From Dehalococcoidia bacterium (lineage in GTDB: Bacteria > Chloroflexota > Dehalococcoidia > Lucifugimonadales > CAYTFF01): a DNA stretch of 64,000 bases. The notes beneath the pieces are model-generated. The model ran no database searches. It was not told the DNA's origin and saw nothing but the letters and a program-made list of their open reading frames with translations. The position numbers and the translations under genes were made by a program. Positions 55,005 to 63,129 of this stretch are shown piece by piece (the first letter of the stretch is position 1; each line of letters opens with the position of its first letter). The stretch covers positions 83,209 through 147,208 of the forward strand of contig OZ252215.1 in assembly GCA_965249025.1 (NCBI GenBank), written 5' to 3'.

Positions 55005-56705
55005 ATGCAACACAGGACCATTAGTCATCGGCAAGATTTGTCCAAGGCTGCCTACGGGTCCGATCTGATTGTCGACATGATGAGAGCCTTTGATATCGAA
55101 TACATTGCCCTTAACAGTGGGGCTAGCTTTAGATGGCTCCACGATTCCATTCTTAACTACGGGGGCAATACCACCCCTGAAGTAATTATGTGCTTACATG
55201 AGGAGACAGCCGTTGCCTTGGCTCATGGATACGCCAAGGCCAAGGGCAAACCCATGGCCGCTGTGGTTCATAATGTGGTAGGTCTCCAGCACGCCTCTAT
55301 GGCTATCTACAACGCATGGTGTGACCGCGCTCCAATGATGGTGCTCGGCGGCACCGGCCCAATGGACCTGACGACCCGCCGCCACTGGGACTGGATGCAC
55401 ACCGCTCTAGTTCAAGGCAACATTGTAAGAGACTTTGTCAAGTGGGACGATCAGCCCCACGTTGCGAGCAATATACATGAGTCTTTCATCAGAGGGTTTC
55501 GCATAGCCACCACCGAGCCGAAGGGCCCAGTGTACATCTGCTACGATGGCAATGTGCAGGCAGAGCGGCTAGAGAGCTCGGTGGAGCTTCCTGATATAAG
55601 CCGATATGCCCCACCCACTCCGCCACAAGCCGACGCTCTGACCCTTGAACGGGCCGCCAAGTGGCTTATTGAGGCGGAAAACCCAGTTATTGTAGCCGAC
55701 CATTTGAGTGATAGTGCCGACGCATGCCGAGCTTTGGTGGAGCTTGCAGAGCTTCTTGTCATTCCTGTTTTAGACAAATTTGGCCGCTACAACTTCCCAT
55801 CTGACCACTCCATGAATCTCACGGGCGCAGAAGAGGAGATATTGAGTCAGGCAGATCTAGTGATGGGTCTTGAAGTCAAAGACCTTTTCGATGCTCTAAA
55901 TATTCAAAGCCAACAGACTCAACTGTTTGACTCCACAGTTCCCTCTGAGGCTAGAATTATCCATATGTCCCTCTGGGAAAAGAGGATTGATAGCTGGGCA
56001 ACCACTAATTACAGGCTTCCCCGCGTTGATTTGAACATCCCTGCTGATCCTGGAGTTGCCCTTCCTCAGCTTGTGAGGGTATGCAGGCAGCTATTGCCTG
56101 AGGACAAGACTTTCAAGGAGAGGCGCAAAATTAGATTCGCTCGCATGGAGGAGAAACACAAAAGCTTGCGCGACCAGTGGAGGGAACAGGCAAAGAAAAC
56201 CCAAACCGAGACACCAGTCTCCCTAGCGACTCTGGCACAGGAAGTATGGAATGCTGTCAAAGATTACGATTGGGCGCTTGTAAACGGTGATTTAGACGGC
56301 TGGGTCAGGAGGATATGGGACTTCTCAAAGCCCGCCCAGTTTTTGGGGTCTAGCGGTGGTGGCGGGCTCGGCTATGGCATTGGGGCGTCCATAGGAGCTG
56401 CTCTGGCCTATAAGGACACCGACACACTCTGCGTCGATATTCAAACAGACGGTGATCTCATGTATGCGGACGGCGCTCTGTGAACTGCGGCCCATCACCG
56501 CATCCCCCTGCTAATTATCATGTACAACAATAGGTCCCACTATAATTCAGAGCTGCATGCTATAAACGCGGCTAACGAGCGAGAGAGGGACGCTGAGCAT
56601 ACTCATATCGGCACCCAACTGAGGAGTCCAGAGATCAACTATGCTCAACTGGCTAAGTCCATGGGTGTCTATGGCGAGGGACCGATTGAGTCGCCAGAAC
56701 TCGGA
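55005..56705 (+). pseudogene. thiamine-pyrophosphate enzyme (benzoylformate decarboxylase / acetolactate synthase-like), interrupted by an in-frame TGA and probably 3'-truncated
   Basis: TPP-enzyme N, middle and PP domains. TGA at 56481-56483 falls in DGAL[*]TAAHHRIPLLIIMYNN, where relatives (as I recall) have ALWTAA...NN. The same frame continues afterwards, and family similarity fades near 56.7 kb, where it overlaps a convergent ORF. Confidence 0.7.
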
Positions 56706-57371
56706 AACCTCCACCTGATAGAGGGTATACATGACCGTGCCAGTACTCCCGTTAGGCCGTTGGAACTCGTTGGTGCGAGATTCCCGTTGAACCACCACGC
56801 CTTCCACTACCAACATGGAGGTTGCTGCCCGGTCGGTCTGATAGGCAAGCAACCCAATAGCTCCGAATCCAACCACGATCCCCAGCGTCACGGCTAGTCG
56901 CAGACTCAAACTCTTCCCCCGCATAGATCCTGCGACGCCCTGGCGATGCCATAAGACCGCTCCGTAAGCTACGAGCAACAACCCTGGCGCGGTGAATACG
57001 AGCATACCTGCTGGACCCGAGTTGTAGGGCGGTAAGAATGCGTAAAAGGAGGCAACATAAATGAGGCCTGCGATGATTGCGCCTAGAGGAACGAACGCCA
57101 CTGGTCGGAGCCGAACATAGCCAAGGACGAAGATCAGACCGACAAGACCATAGAGCGTTGTGGCGAGCCAGCCGAGCCCGACGCCGATGGAGCCGTCGCC
57201 TACGAGTGTATTTGACGAACTGAAGGCTGGAACGGTTCCAACGGTCACCGTCGCCAGCCCCAACCATGGGATGGCAACACGCGCACGGCACCATACTGCT
57301 GCCAATGGCAACAGGTTGACCACGATTATCCAAACCAAGAAGTCCACTTCACGCCCCTCGGAGGTCAGCAT
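56547..57371 (-). CDS. hypothetical polytopic membrane protein
   Basis: Multiple hydrophobic helices. The 3' ~150 nt overlap the TPP-enzyme frame, so the true C-terminus is uncertain. Confidence 0.45.
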   Translation of the reverse strand: MLTSEGREVDFLVWIIVVNLLPLAAVWCRARVAIPWLGLATVTVGTVPAFSSSNTLVGDGSIGVGLGWLATTLYGLVGLIFVLGYVRLRPVAFVPLGAIIAGLIYVASFYAFLPPYNSGPAGMLVFTAPGLLLVAYGAVLWHRQGVAGSMRGKSLSLRLAVTLGIVVGFGAIGLLAYQTDRAATSMLVVEGVVVQRESRTNEFQRPNGSTGTVMYTLYQVEVSEFWRLNRSLAIDTHGLSQLSIVDLWTPQLGADMSMLSVPLSLVSRVYSMQL

Positions 57372-57737
57372 CCCGCCAAGCGGTAAATCTGCCTCTAGAG
57401 TAACCAGTATAGGGCGACTCTAGTTGCTGAGCAACAGACCCTTCTCTCCTTCCATGTCGGTGCCTTCCCGTGTTTTGAAGCCTCATTCCAAAGCCTATAT
57501 ATGCAGGCCCTTTTTGTTGTCTGGAATAGGCGGATAAGTACGCGTGTCAGGGACACATTGTCCGGGCCGGGAGGGGGTTGACGGCAAGGCACAATGTGCC
57601 GCATACTTACCTCCGTACACATTATCCCATGGCCCCTGCGAGAACGGGCGTTATAGGGCCATCAGCGCCCATTGGATGTTAGGTCCGGACGGCAACACAT
57701 ACGGTGGGATTACATCGAATAGCCGGAAGGTAAGTAA

Positions 57738-58553
57738 ATGTCCGTAAACGGGCTTTTGAAAGCTACTGCCCGTGTGCTCGACTTGGTATCTGTAGGGCAA
57801 AGGCAGCCGCAGGGCAAGAACCATCAACCCGACGGTGTCGAGTTGATGAACGCTCCCTACCCGGCCAATTGGATCAAGGAGTGGCTTGGAGACTGGGCTT
57901 CAGAGAAGGGAAGGTTCGTAGGATCTCTAGTCCCAGAGGGATTTGAAGCCTACGCACGAGTCTTTCACCCGGCCGAACTCTGGAAAGCTGACCGAAGTTG
58001 GGAACAGGTGAGGTGGTCCACTGTGGCGTCGTGGAACGGGAAAGTCGTTCATCCACAGATGCAGTTCTGTCGAATCGCAAACCTTGACTTACACTTACAC
58101 GAAAAACCTTCGTGGGGCCGCATCCCGTTCTATGGGATGCTACCCGAGGGCGAGTGCCAGGTTCTGATCAGTGTCCTCAAAGGGTTCACTTCCACACCGG
58201 AACGCTGCTATTTCTCCCTTTGGCACGGCTATGGATTCCTTGATGACCGCTACTTCAAGAGGGTAGCTAAGTTGAAAGTTCCACGCAGGGAGGAGTACTT
58301 GGTCTTTTGTGGCCCTTTAAACAGCATCATGTCGTTTTACAAGCATGTTGGGGGAAGATGGGGGCAATCGCCGAACATTTGGTGGCCAGAAGACCGGGCC
58401 TGGTGCGTTGCAACCGAAATAGATTCTTTGGATACCTACATTGGCGGTAGCAAAGCTTGTATAGAGCGAGTTCTTGGGCACCCAGACCTAGAGGCGCTCC
58501 CTATAGGTCTGGGTGCACGTGTAGACGCCTCTGGCGATACCATCAACGTCTAA
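57738..58553 (+). CDS. conserved hypothetical protein (resembles actinobacterial DUF2716-type proteins)
   Basis: GFEAYARVFHPA..., SPNIWWPEDRAWCVATEIDSLDTYIGGS. The family assignment is from memory only. The start may be the internal ATG at 57846. Confidence 0.55.
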   Translation: MSVNGLLKATARVLDLVSVGQRQPQGKNHQPDGVELMNAPYPANWIKEWLGDWASEKGRFVGSLVPEGFEAYARVFHPAELWKADRSWEQVRWSTVASWNGKVVHPQMQFCRIANLDLHLHEKPSWGRIPFYGMLPEGECQVLISVLKGFTSTPERCYFSLWHGYGFLDDRYFKRVAKLKVPRREEYLVFCGPLNSIMSFYKHVGGRWGQSPNIWWPEDRAWCVATEIDSLDTYIGGSKACIERVLGHPDLEALPIGLGARVDASGDTINV

Positions 58554-58880
58554 GAAAACCCATGGTTGGTTTGACTGTTTCCTAATCTCTCACGAAGATA
58601 ATTGACGATATTGGGGCAGTAAATGGCTATCTCTACGGCAGCCGCTTCAACATGTTCAGATACCCGGTTCTTAAGAATGGGTTTCTTTCGCGAGATCTCA
58701 TGAAGTGCCTGGTCTCCACCTGTATCATACAGGTCCCGGTACCGGTAGAAAGTGTCCCGGCTGTAGCCCATGATCTTGCAAGGCTTGGGAGACCTTGCCC
58801 AACTGCTTGGCCAGTTCTAGCAGTTCCAGCTTGGGTTTGATTACCTTTTCCTGCCGTAGGAGCGGGTTCTTCTGGGGTGG
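58550..58880 (-). mobile_element. IS transposase 5' fragment (HTH region only), frameshifted and truncated
   Basis: KPKLELLELAKQLGKVSQA (one frame) continues as (K)IMGYSRDTFYRYRDLYDTGGDQALHEISRKKPILKNRVSEHVEAAAVEIAI (another frame). The catalytic DDE/integrase core is absent. Confidence 0.6.
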
Positions 58881-58984
58881 TAGTTGTACTAACACCAGGG
58901 AAAGCCACAATGGTGGTTGCCATGCAGATCGCTCCCACAGCAATGGCTACGATGCTGACGGTTTACATACCACCCAAGGCCTTT

Positions 58985-59337
58985 TCAAAGTCTATTCTTG
59001 GTGGGCCTGTCGGCCCATGCGGATCGTGATGGCATCGGGTGAGCCCTTCGCCTTCGCGGGTCTCTGGGATGGATGGCGGGACCCGAAGGGCGAGGTCGTC
59101 CGGTCCTGCGCCATCATCACCACGTCGGCCAACGAGTTGCTTAGCCCCATCCACGACCGGATGCCGGTCATCCTACCGAGGGAACTGGAGTCCCTCTGGC
59201 TGGACCATGACATCCAGGACTACGCCGCCCTCGCCGGAATCCTGACTCCTTACATCACCGACGAGATGGAGGCATACGAAGTCTCCTCCCTGGTCAACAG
59301 CCCCGCCAACGACGGACCGGAAATGGTCGTTCCTGTA
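58985..59337 (+). pseudogene. SOS-response-associated peptidase (SRAP/YedK) C-terminal fragment
   Basis: GEPFAFAGLWDGW...CAIITTSANELLSPIHDRMPVILP...WL...YEVSSLVNSPANDGPEMVVPV. The N-terminal ~90 aa, including the catalytic Cys2, are missing. It abuts the IS fragment. Confidence 0.7.
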
Positions 59338-59658
59338 GGGCAGGTCAGGCCGTGCGACGGCCCTGCTCTTGGGCGTAGAAATGTAAAGAACCCTATACCC
59401 TCCAATAACCTCAGGAACGCTTGCTACCCAACTGTCATCGTAGTCGATGTCAAAGATCGGCCTATCCACCCTGACATCCAATTGTGAAACCTCCTCCGTG
59501 TCAAGAGATTCAGTATGTCCCAGCGGTGCCGCTGGATGCTGGTTTCGTGCCTGGCTGGATTCAGTTGGCGCCTCGTTAAGCATAGGACTAAAGGTTGTGC
59601 TAACAAACACAAAAGCCACCAATAACAACCCCGTGACAAAGGGAACGAAACTCCTCAT
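59173..59658 (-). CDS. hypothetical exported protein
   Basis: MRSFVPFVTGLLLVAFVFVSTTFS signal/anchor. The distal third of the ORF is antisense to the SRAP fragment, so the real end is uncertain. Confidence 0.35.
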   Translation of the reverse strand: MRSFVPFVTGLLLVAFVFVSTTFSPMLNEAPTESSQARNQHPAAPLGHTESLDTEEVSQLDVRVDRPIFDIDYDDSWVASVPEVIGGYRVLYISTPKSRAVARPDLPYRNDHFRSVVGGAVDQGGDFVCLHLVGDVRSQDSGEGGVVLDVMVQPEGLQFPR

Positions 59659-59795
59659 GAACAAGCCGTGCACGAGGCACCGAAGGTCGTGATCTTGACC
59701 TCCTCACCGATGTCCGTATTCCGGTAGGTGAGGTAGGCGCTCCACAGGGCGAGCTGGGCGATGACCACGATGATGCCGAGGAGTATCCAGGGCAT
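59655..59795 (-). CDS. candidate 46-aa single-TM protein, translationally coupled (ATGA) to the downstream ORF
   Basis: MPWILLGIIVVIAQLALWSAYLTYRNTDIGEEVKITTFGASCTACS*. Its stop TGA (59657-59655) overlaps ATG 59658. It is below the track cutoff. Confidence 0.3.
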   Translation of the reverse strand: MPWILLGIIVVIAQLALWSAYLTYRNTDIGEEVKITTFGASCTACS

Positions 59796-59939
59796 CCATC
59801 TCTTGCGGAGCTTGAACCATTCCCCGCGTCAGGCGTAGCACGTCGACGACCATTATTCCCGCCCTCTCGGCAATTTAGTTCGGATCCCCTCTGGCATTCT
59901 TTACGCCCGCCTCCTTTCAGGCCTACGCACAGAATCGTT

Positions 59940-61058
59940 CTACTCGCCGATAACGGCCCTACAGCTTATTCCGCCCAGGCTGGGACCCGGCAGCGGTATA
60001 ATGGAACCCCCTTCGCTTGGGGGCCGGTACAGGGACAGATACGCCGGTTGGGCCTCCAGTGTCAATTCTCGCGTGTGTTCAAGCGTGGGCCAACAGACGA
60101 GTGTTTGATCCCCATGCCACCACCACATCTGGTTGGAGACGTGCATGGACGCAACCTGCACCACGTAGTGGTGGCCAGCATTGTCTCTGATACTTCTGAA
60201 GCCTTCCCACTGCCGGATAATCCCCTGCTGTTTCGCGGAGGACCATCCCCTTGGAAGGCTGAATCGGACCCTTAAGTGAAGGGCAAAGCCAAGCTCAAGA
60301 ATATCAATTTGCCGTACCTTTACATGGAGACGACCGTTTGAGCGGGTGTGGACTCTCGGACGTATCGAACGGAGTGGGGAGCCGTTTATTGCAGAGACAA
60401 CGAGATCTTCCATTGGGACTACTCGCTGTAGGAGATGTTCCAGCACGAGACGAGCAGCAAGGGACAAACGGTGGTCCTGAAGCCACCATACCGGGTCTGT
60501 CGAATCCGGCAGCCTCAGCAGATCGGCGAGGAGCGTATCCGGTCCCGGATCGACCTGAGACCGGCTTGGGGAGGTCTCCGTCGGCAGACCAATCTTCCGG
60601 CGAAACCGCATTAGCGCATCCACAAGACGGCGATGCTCTGACGGGCCATCGACGGTATCGCCCCACTTCTTGGAGACAGCCCAATCTTCATCGGATTGAA
60701 GCAGCGAGCCATACATGGGACCATACTTGTCTTGAAGGGACTGATGTGCCTGCCGTTCTTGCTGGCTTGTGAGCATACCGGAGACAATTCTGTTCTGGGC
60801 GCCGTACATCTGCTCGGCTATTTCCAGGGTCCGTCCTAGGGCCAGCAGGGCGACGTCAACGCCCCTTTCAGCCTCAAGCCACCGCAGAACATCAATGCTC
60901 TCCGGCAAACTGAGAAGTTCGCGAAACATCACCCGTGAAAGGTCGCCCTCCGGCCATGACAATCGAGTGCCCGGCCTCAAATTCCTGAGGGCGGTCAGTC
61001 GATCCTGTAGTCTAAGCTCCCGTCCAACAACGGTTTCATATGTTGACGCCTGAGACAT
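59940..61058 (-). CDS. hypothetical protein, 372 aa, with an internal duplication
   Basis: About 62% GC. Repeated segment LLSLPESIDVLRWLEAERGVDVALLALGRTLE / LLRLPDSTDPVWWLQDHRLSLAARLVLEHLL. The Trp-rich C-terminal domain has no family I recognise. Confidence 0.55.
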   Translation of the reverse strand: MSQASTYETVVGRELRLQDRLTALRNLRPGTRLSWPEGDLSRVMFRELLSLPESIDVLRWLEAERGVDVALLALGRTLEIAEQMYGAQNRIVSGMLTSQQERQAHQSLQDKYGPMYGSLLQSDEDWAVSKKWGDTVDGPSEHRRLVDALMRFRRKIGLPTETSPSRSQVDPGPDTLLADLLRLPDSTDPVWWLQDHRLSLAARLVLEHLLQRVVPMEDLVVSAINGSPLRSIRPRVHTRSNGRLHVKVRQIDILELGFALHLRVRFSLPRGWSSAKQQGIIRQWEGFRSIRDNAGHHYVVQVASMHVSNQMWWWHGDQTLVCWPTLEHTRELTLEAQPAYLSLYRPPSEGGSIIPLPGPSLGGISCRAVIGE

Positions 61059-61456
61059 TTGAGGTCTCCCTCAGCAAGTATATCAGTGAAACGATCGGAA
61101 GATCAGGAGAGGCAATCACCATATGACGCCTGAACGATGCTCATGGCGTATACGAGCGGGGTGCTTTCCGAAGAGATCGTAAGCCTCCGTAGACTGCCGT
61201 AACCTTTCCGGTAGAAGGGACGCCAAGCCAACAGCCGAGGAACTGCTGGTGGACGAGGAGTGGCATGCCGCCGAGATAGGGGCGGCCAACGGTCACGACG
61301 AAGCCCCCGAGACCCAGCGGTCACTGTTCTCGTAGGCGGAGTTTATGGCTGAGGAGCCGGGGGAACAACCCAGCCGAAGCCGGAAGACGAAACCTTCGTC
61401 TCTATCTCAGTTCGAATAGGCACTCTAACCCTGGAGCAGAAACGGGAGGAAGAGAT

Positions 61457-61512
61457 GGTCAGCGCCTCGCGCTGACCAGTAAACCACAGGGGCAGCCACC
61501 GTGGCTGCCCCT
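61457..61512. terminator. two strong GC hairpins in a gene-free stretch
   Basis: GGTCAGCGC-ctc-GCGCTGACC (61457-61477) and AGGGGCAGCCA-ccg-TGGCTGCCCCT (61488-61512). Confidence 0.35.
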
Positions 61513-61902
61513 AACCTATCCATATGTGTGAGCCTTTTTGTGGCCTGCCTATACGGACGATCTAACTCTCAAGGTTGCTGGTAGGGATCGAATTTCCCAA
61601 TTGCAGTTTCTGATTAGCATTCGCTAGCGAAATCTCCCTACTTGGGCTTGGGAATCACCGTTGGAGCCGGCTCGGAAGTCGTCGTGTCCGTTGTGCTACT
61701 CGGGTAGGTGTCGGATGTCGTCTCATTAGGCTAGCCAAGACTGGACAGGCGGCAAAAGACATGGCCAAGGGCCAGCCACTGCCGCCGGGGTCGCCGTTGC
61801 AACGGCGGGGGTTGCAAAGGGCGGGCCATAGCTCGAATTGGACTATCGCTCGGTCCCTTCGGGCAACATCGCCAGGACGAGGCCAAACAAATAGGAACCC
61901 CG

Positions 61903-62517
61903 CTAACGATTCGGAGAAATCAATGGTTCCGGCGCTGGGGCAACTGTGAATTCGAGAGGGAAGTCGCTCTCGATGACCTGACGCGCCCGGTCGGTCTGTT
62001 GCGCCCGGTCAAGCCGCGCTGTGGGTTCAATCCCGACTCCTATTCCTGAGAAATCAGAAAGAGGTCCTGTCTCAGTGACATTGACGCCTGCCCCGGAGAG
62101 ATCAAGTTCGACAAGCCGCCTTGCTTCCCGCTGAAGCTCTACGAGTGAGTAGGGTCTTTCAACTACTCGAACTGGGATGCTGGCCCGCAACGTTCGCACA
62201 AGCGCGGCCATCCTGTGAGGGACCTGTCCCTTCCAGTACAGGGTTACTTCCCCCTTGTCATTGTCAAGCCGCATCCCTGTGAAGCCTTGCAAGCCTTCTC
62301 TCCGCCAAAGCTCGTAGATTTGACTCGACGCGTCTGCTAGAGGCATCTGCCTAACGATCCTAGGGTCTATTGTTGGAGGAGCGGCCTCGTGGGATATCGA
62401 TTTGTGAGCAGATGCCGATTCGTAACCACCGGTGTCTCGGGCGTACAAGAACCCCGCAGCGGCAATCAACGGCAGCGCTACTACCAGAATTGCAGAGTAT
62501 GTGAATCTCCGCCTCAT
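61903..62517 (-). CDS. hypothetical secreted/anchored protein, 204 aa
   Basis: N-terminal MRRRFTYSAILVVALPLIAAAGFLYA signal/anchor; no recognised family. Confidence 0.5.
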   Translation of the reverse strand: MRRRFTYSAILVVALPLIAAAGFLYARDTGGYESASAHKSISHEAAPPTIDPRIVRQMPLADASSQIYELWRREGLQGFTGMRLDNDKGEVTLYWKGQVPHRMAALVRTLRASIPVRVVERPYSLVELQREARRLVELDLSGAGVNVTETGPLSDFSGIGVGIEPTARLDRAQQTDRARQVIESDFPLEFTVAPAPEPLISPNR

Positions 62518-62781
62518 ACCAAAGTTTCTTCGTCTTCACGAATGCAATTACTACAGCAATGTCGTCAAAGCCGACGAACCCTACTAGAATAGAGAGGCAT
62601 CTAAGTTTCGATTATACCACGCCGGGGTTTAGCCATCTCAACTCAGGCGCTTCGTGATATCCGGGAGTGGGGTGCACGAAACGTAGTAGCGCTTGGTACG
62701 GAGGGACATCTGAGGTCTATCGGCGTAGCGACAGTATCTGCATGGGTCGCCCATGCCTTTGCCTGGGCCGCTGGGGTCTGG

Positions 62782-63129
62782 TTGGCGTTCTGGCCCACCT
62801 ATGAGGGTGCGTCGGTAACGGCGACACTCCCTGGTGAGCCTGGCGGGGAGGTGATTCGCTCTAGCGCTACGGCAATAGAAGTGAATGACCTGCACGTAAT
62901 CTTGTTGCTGCTAGTGCCTATCCTGTTGACCGCCATCACTTTGTTGGGTCTTCGGCTCCAACAGACGACGATGCGCAAGATACTCCTCTGGAGCCCCGCC
63001 GTCGTGCTTCTAGGATTCTGTTTTGTAGCGATATTCTCCATCGGTGTGTTCTATTTGCCAGCTGCGCTCGCGCTCCTTGTTGCAGCCATTGCTGATCTCG
63101 GAGGTCAGGAAGGCAATGAGCCGATCTAG
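62782..63129 (+). CDS. hypothetical membrane protein
   Basis: Hydrophobic helices (VILLLLVPILLTAITLLGL, SPAVVLLGFCFVAIFSIGVFYLPAALALLVAAI). The frame is open from 62605 with another hydrophobic stretch but no canonical start before TTG 62782. Confidence 0.35.
   Translation: MAFWPTYEGASVTATLPGEPGGEVIRSSATAIEVNDLHVILLLLVPILLTAITLLGLRLQQTTMRKILLWSPAVVLLGFCFVAIFSIGVFYLPAALALLVAAIADLGGQEGNEPI

Noticed and set aside
56481-56483. UGA recoding (Trp or selenocysteine) as an explanation for the in-frame TGA in the TPP enzyme.
   Set aside because: TGA serves as a genuine stop for several well-defined genes in the window (folE, argF, der and others). The position corresponds to Trp, not Cys/Sec, and no SECIS-like hairpin follows immediately. 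A nonsense mutation or sequencing error is more parsimonious.
61103-61324. 73-aa ORF and an alternative frame (..GGFVVTVGRPYLGGMPLLVHQQFLGCWLGVP..) in the gene-free stretch 61059-61902, considered as a gene or as integrase/transposase debris.
   Set aside because: There is no start/SD context and no motif I can assign, and multiple frames are interrupted. It is possibly a decayed gene but unsupported without a database search.
62638-62895. ORFs 62638-62895(-), 62799-63041(-), 62936-63238(-) and 63266-63688(-) in the GC-rich end of the window.
   Set aside because: They lie antisense to ORFs with better coding features: the membrane protein at 62782-63129 and the manually translated SDR at 63116-64000 with its Rossmann motif. 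They are Arg/Pro-rich shadow ORFs typical of GC-rich DNA.
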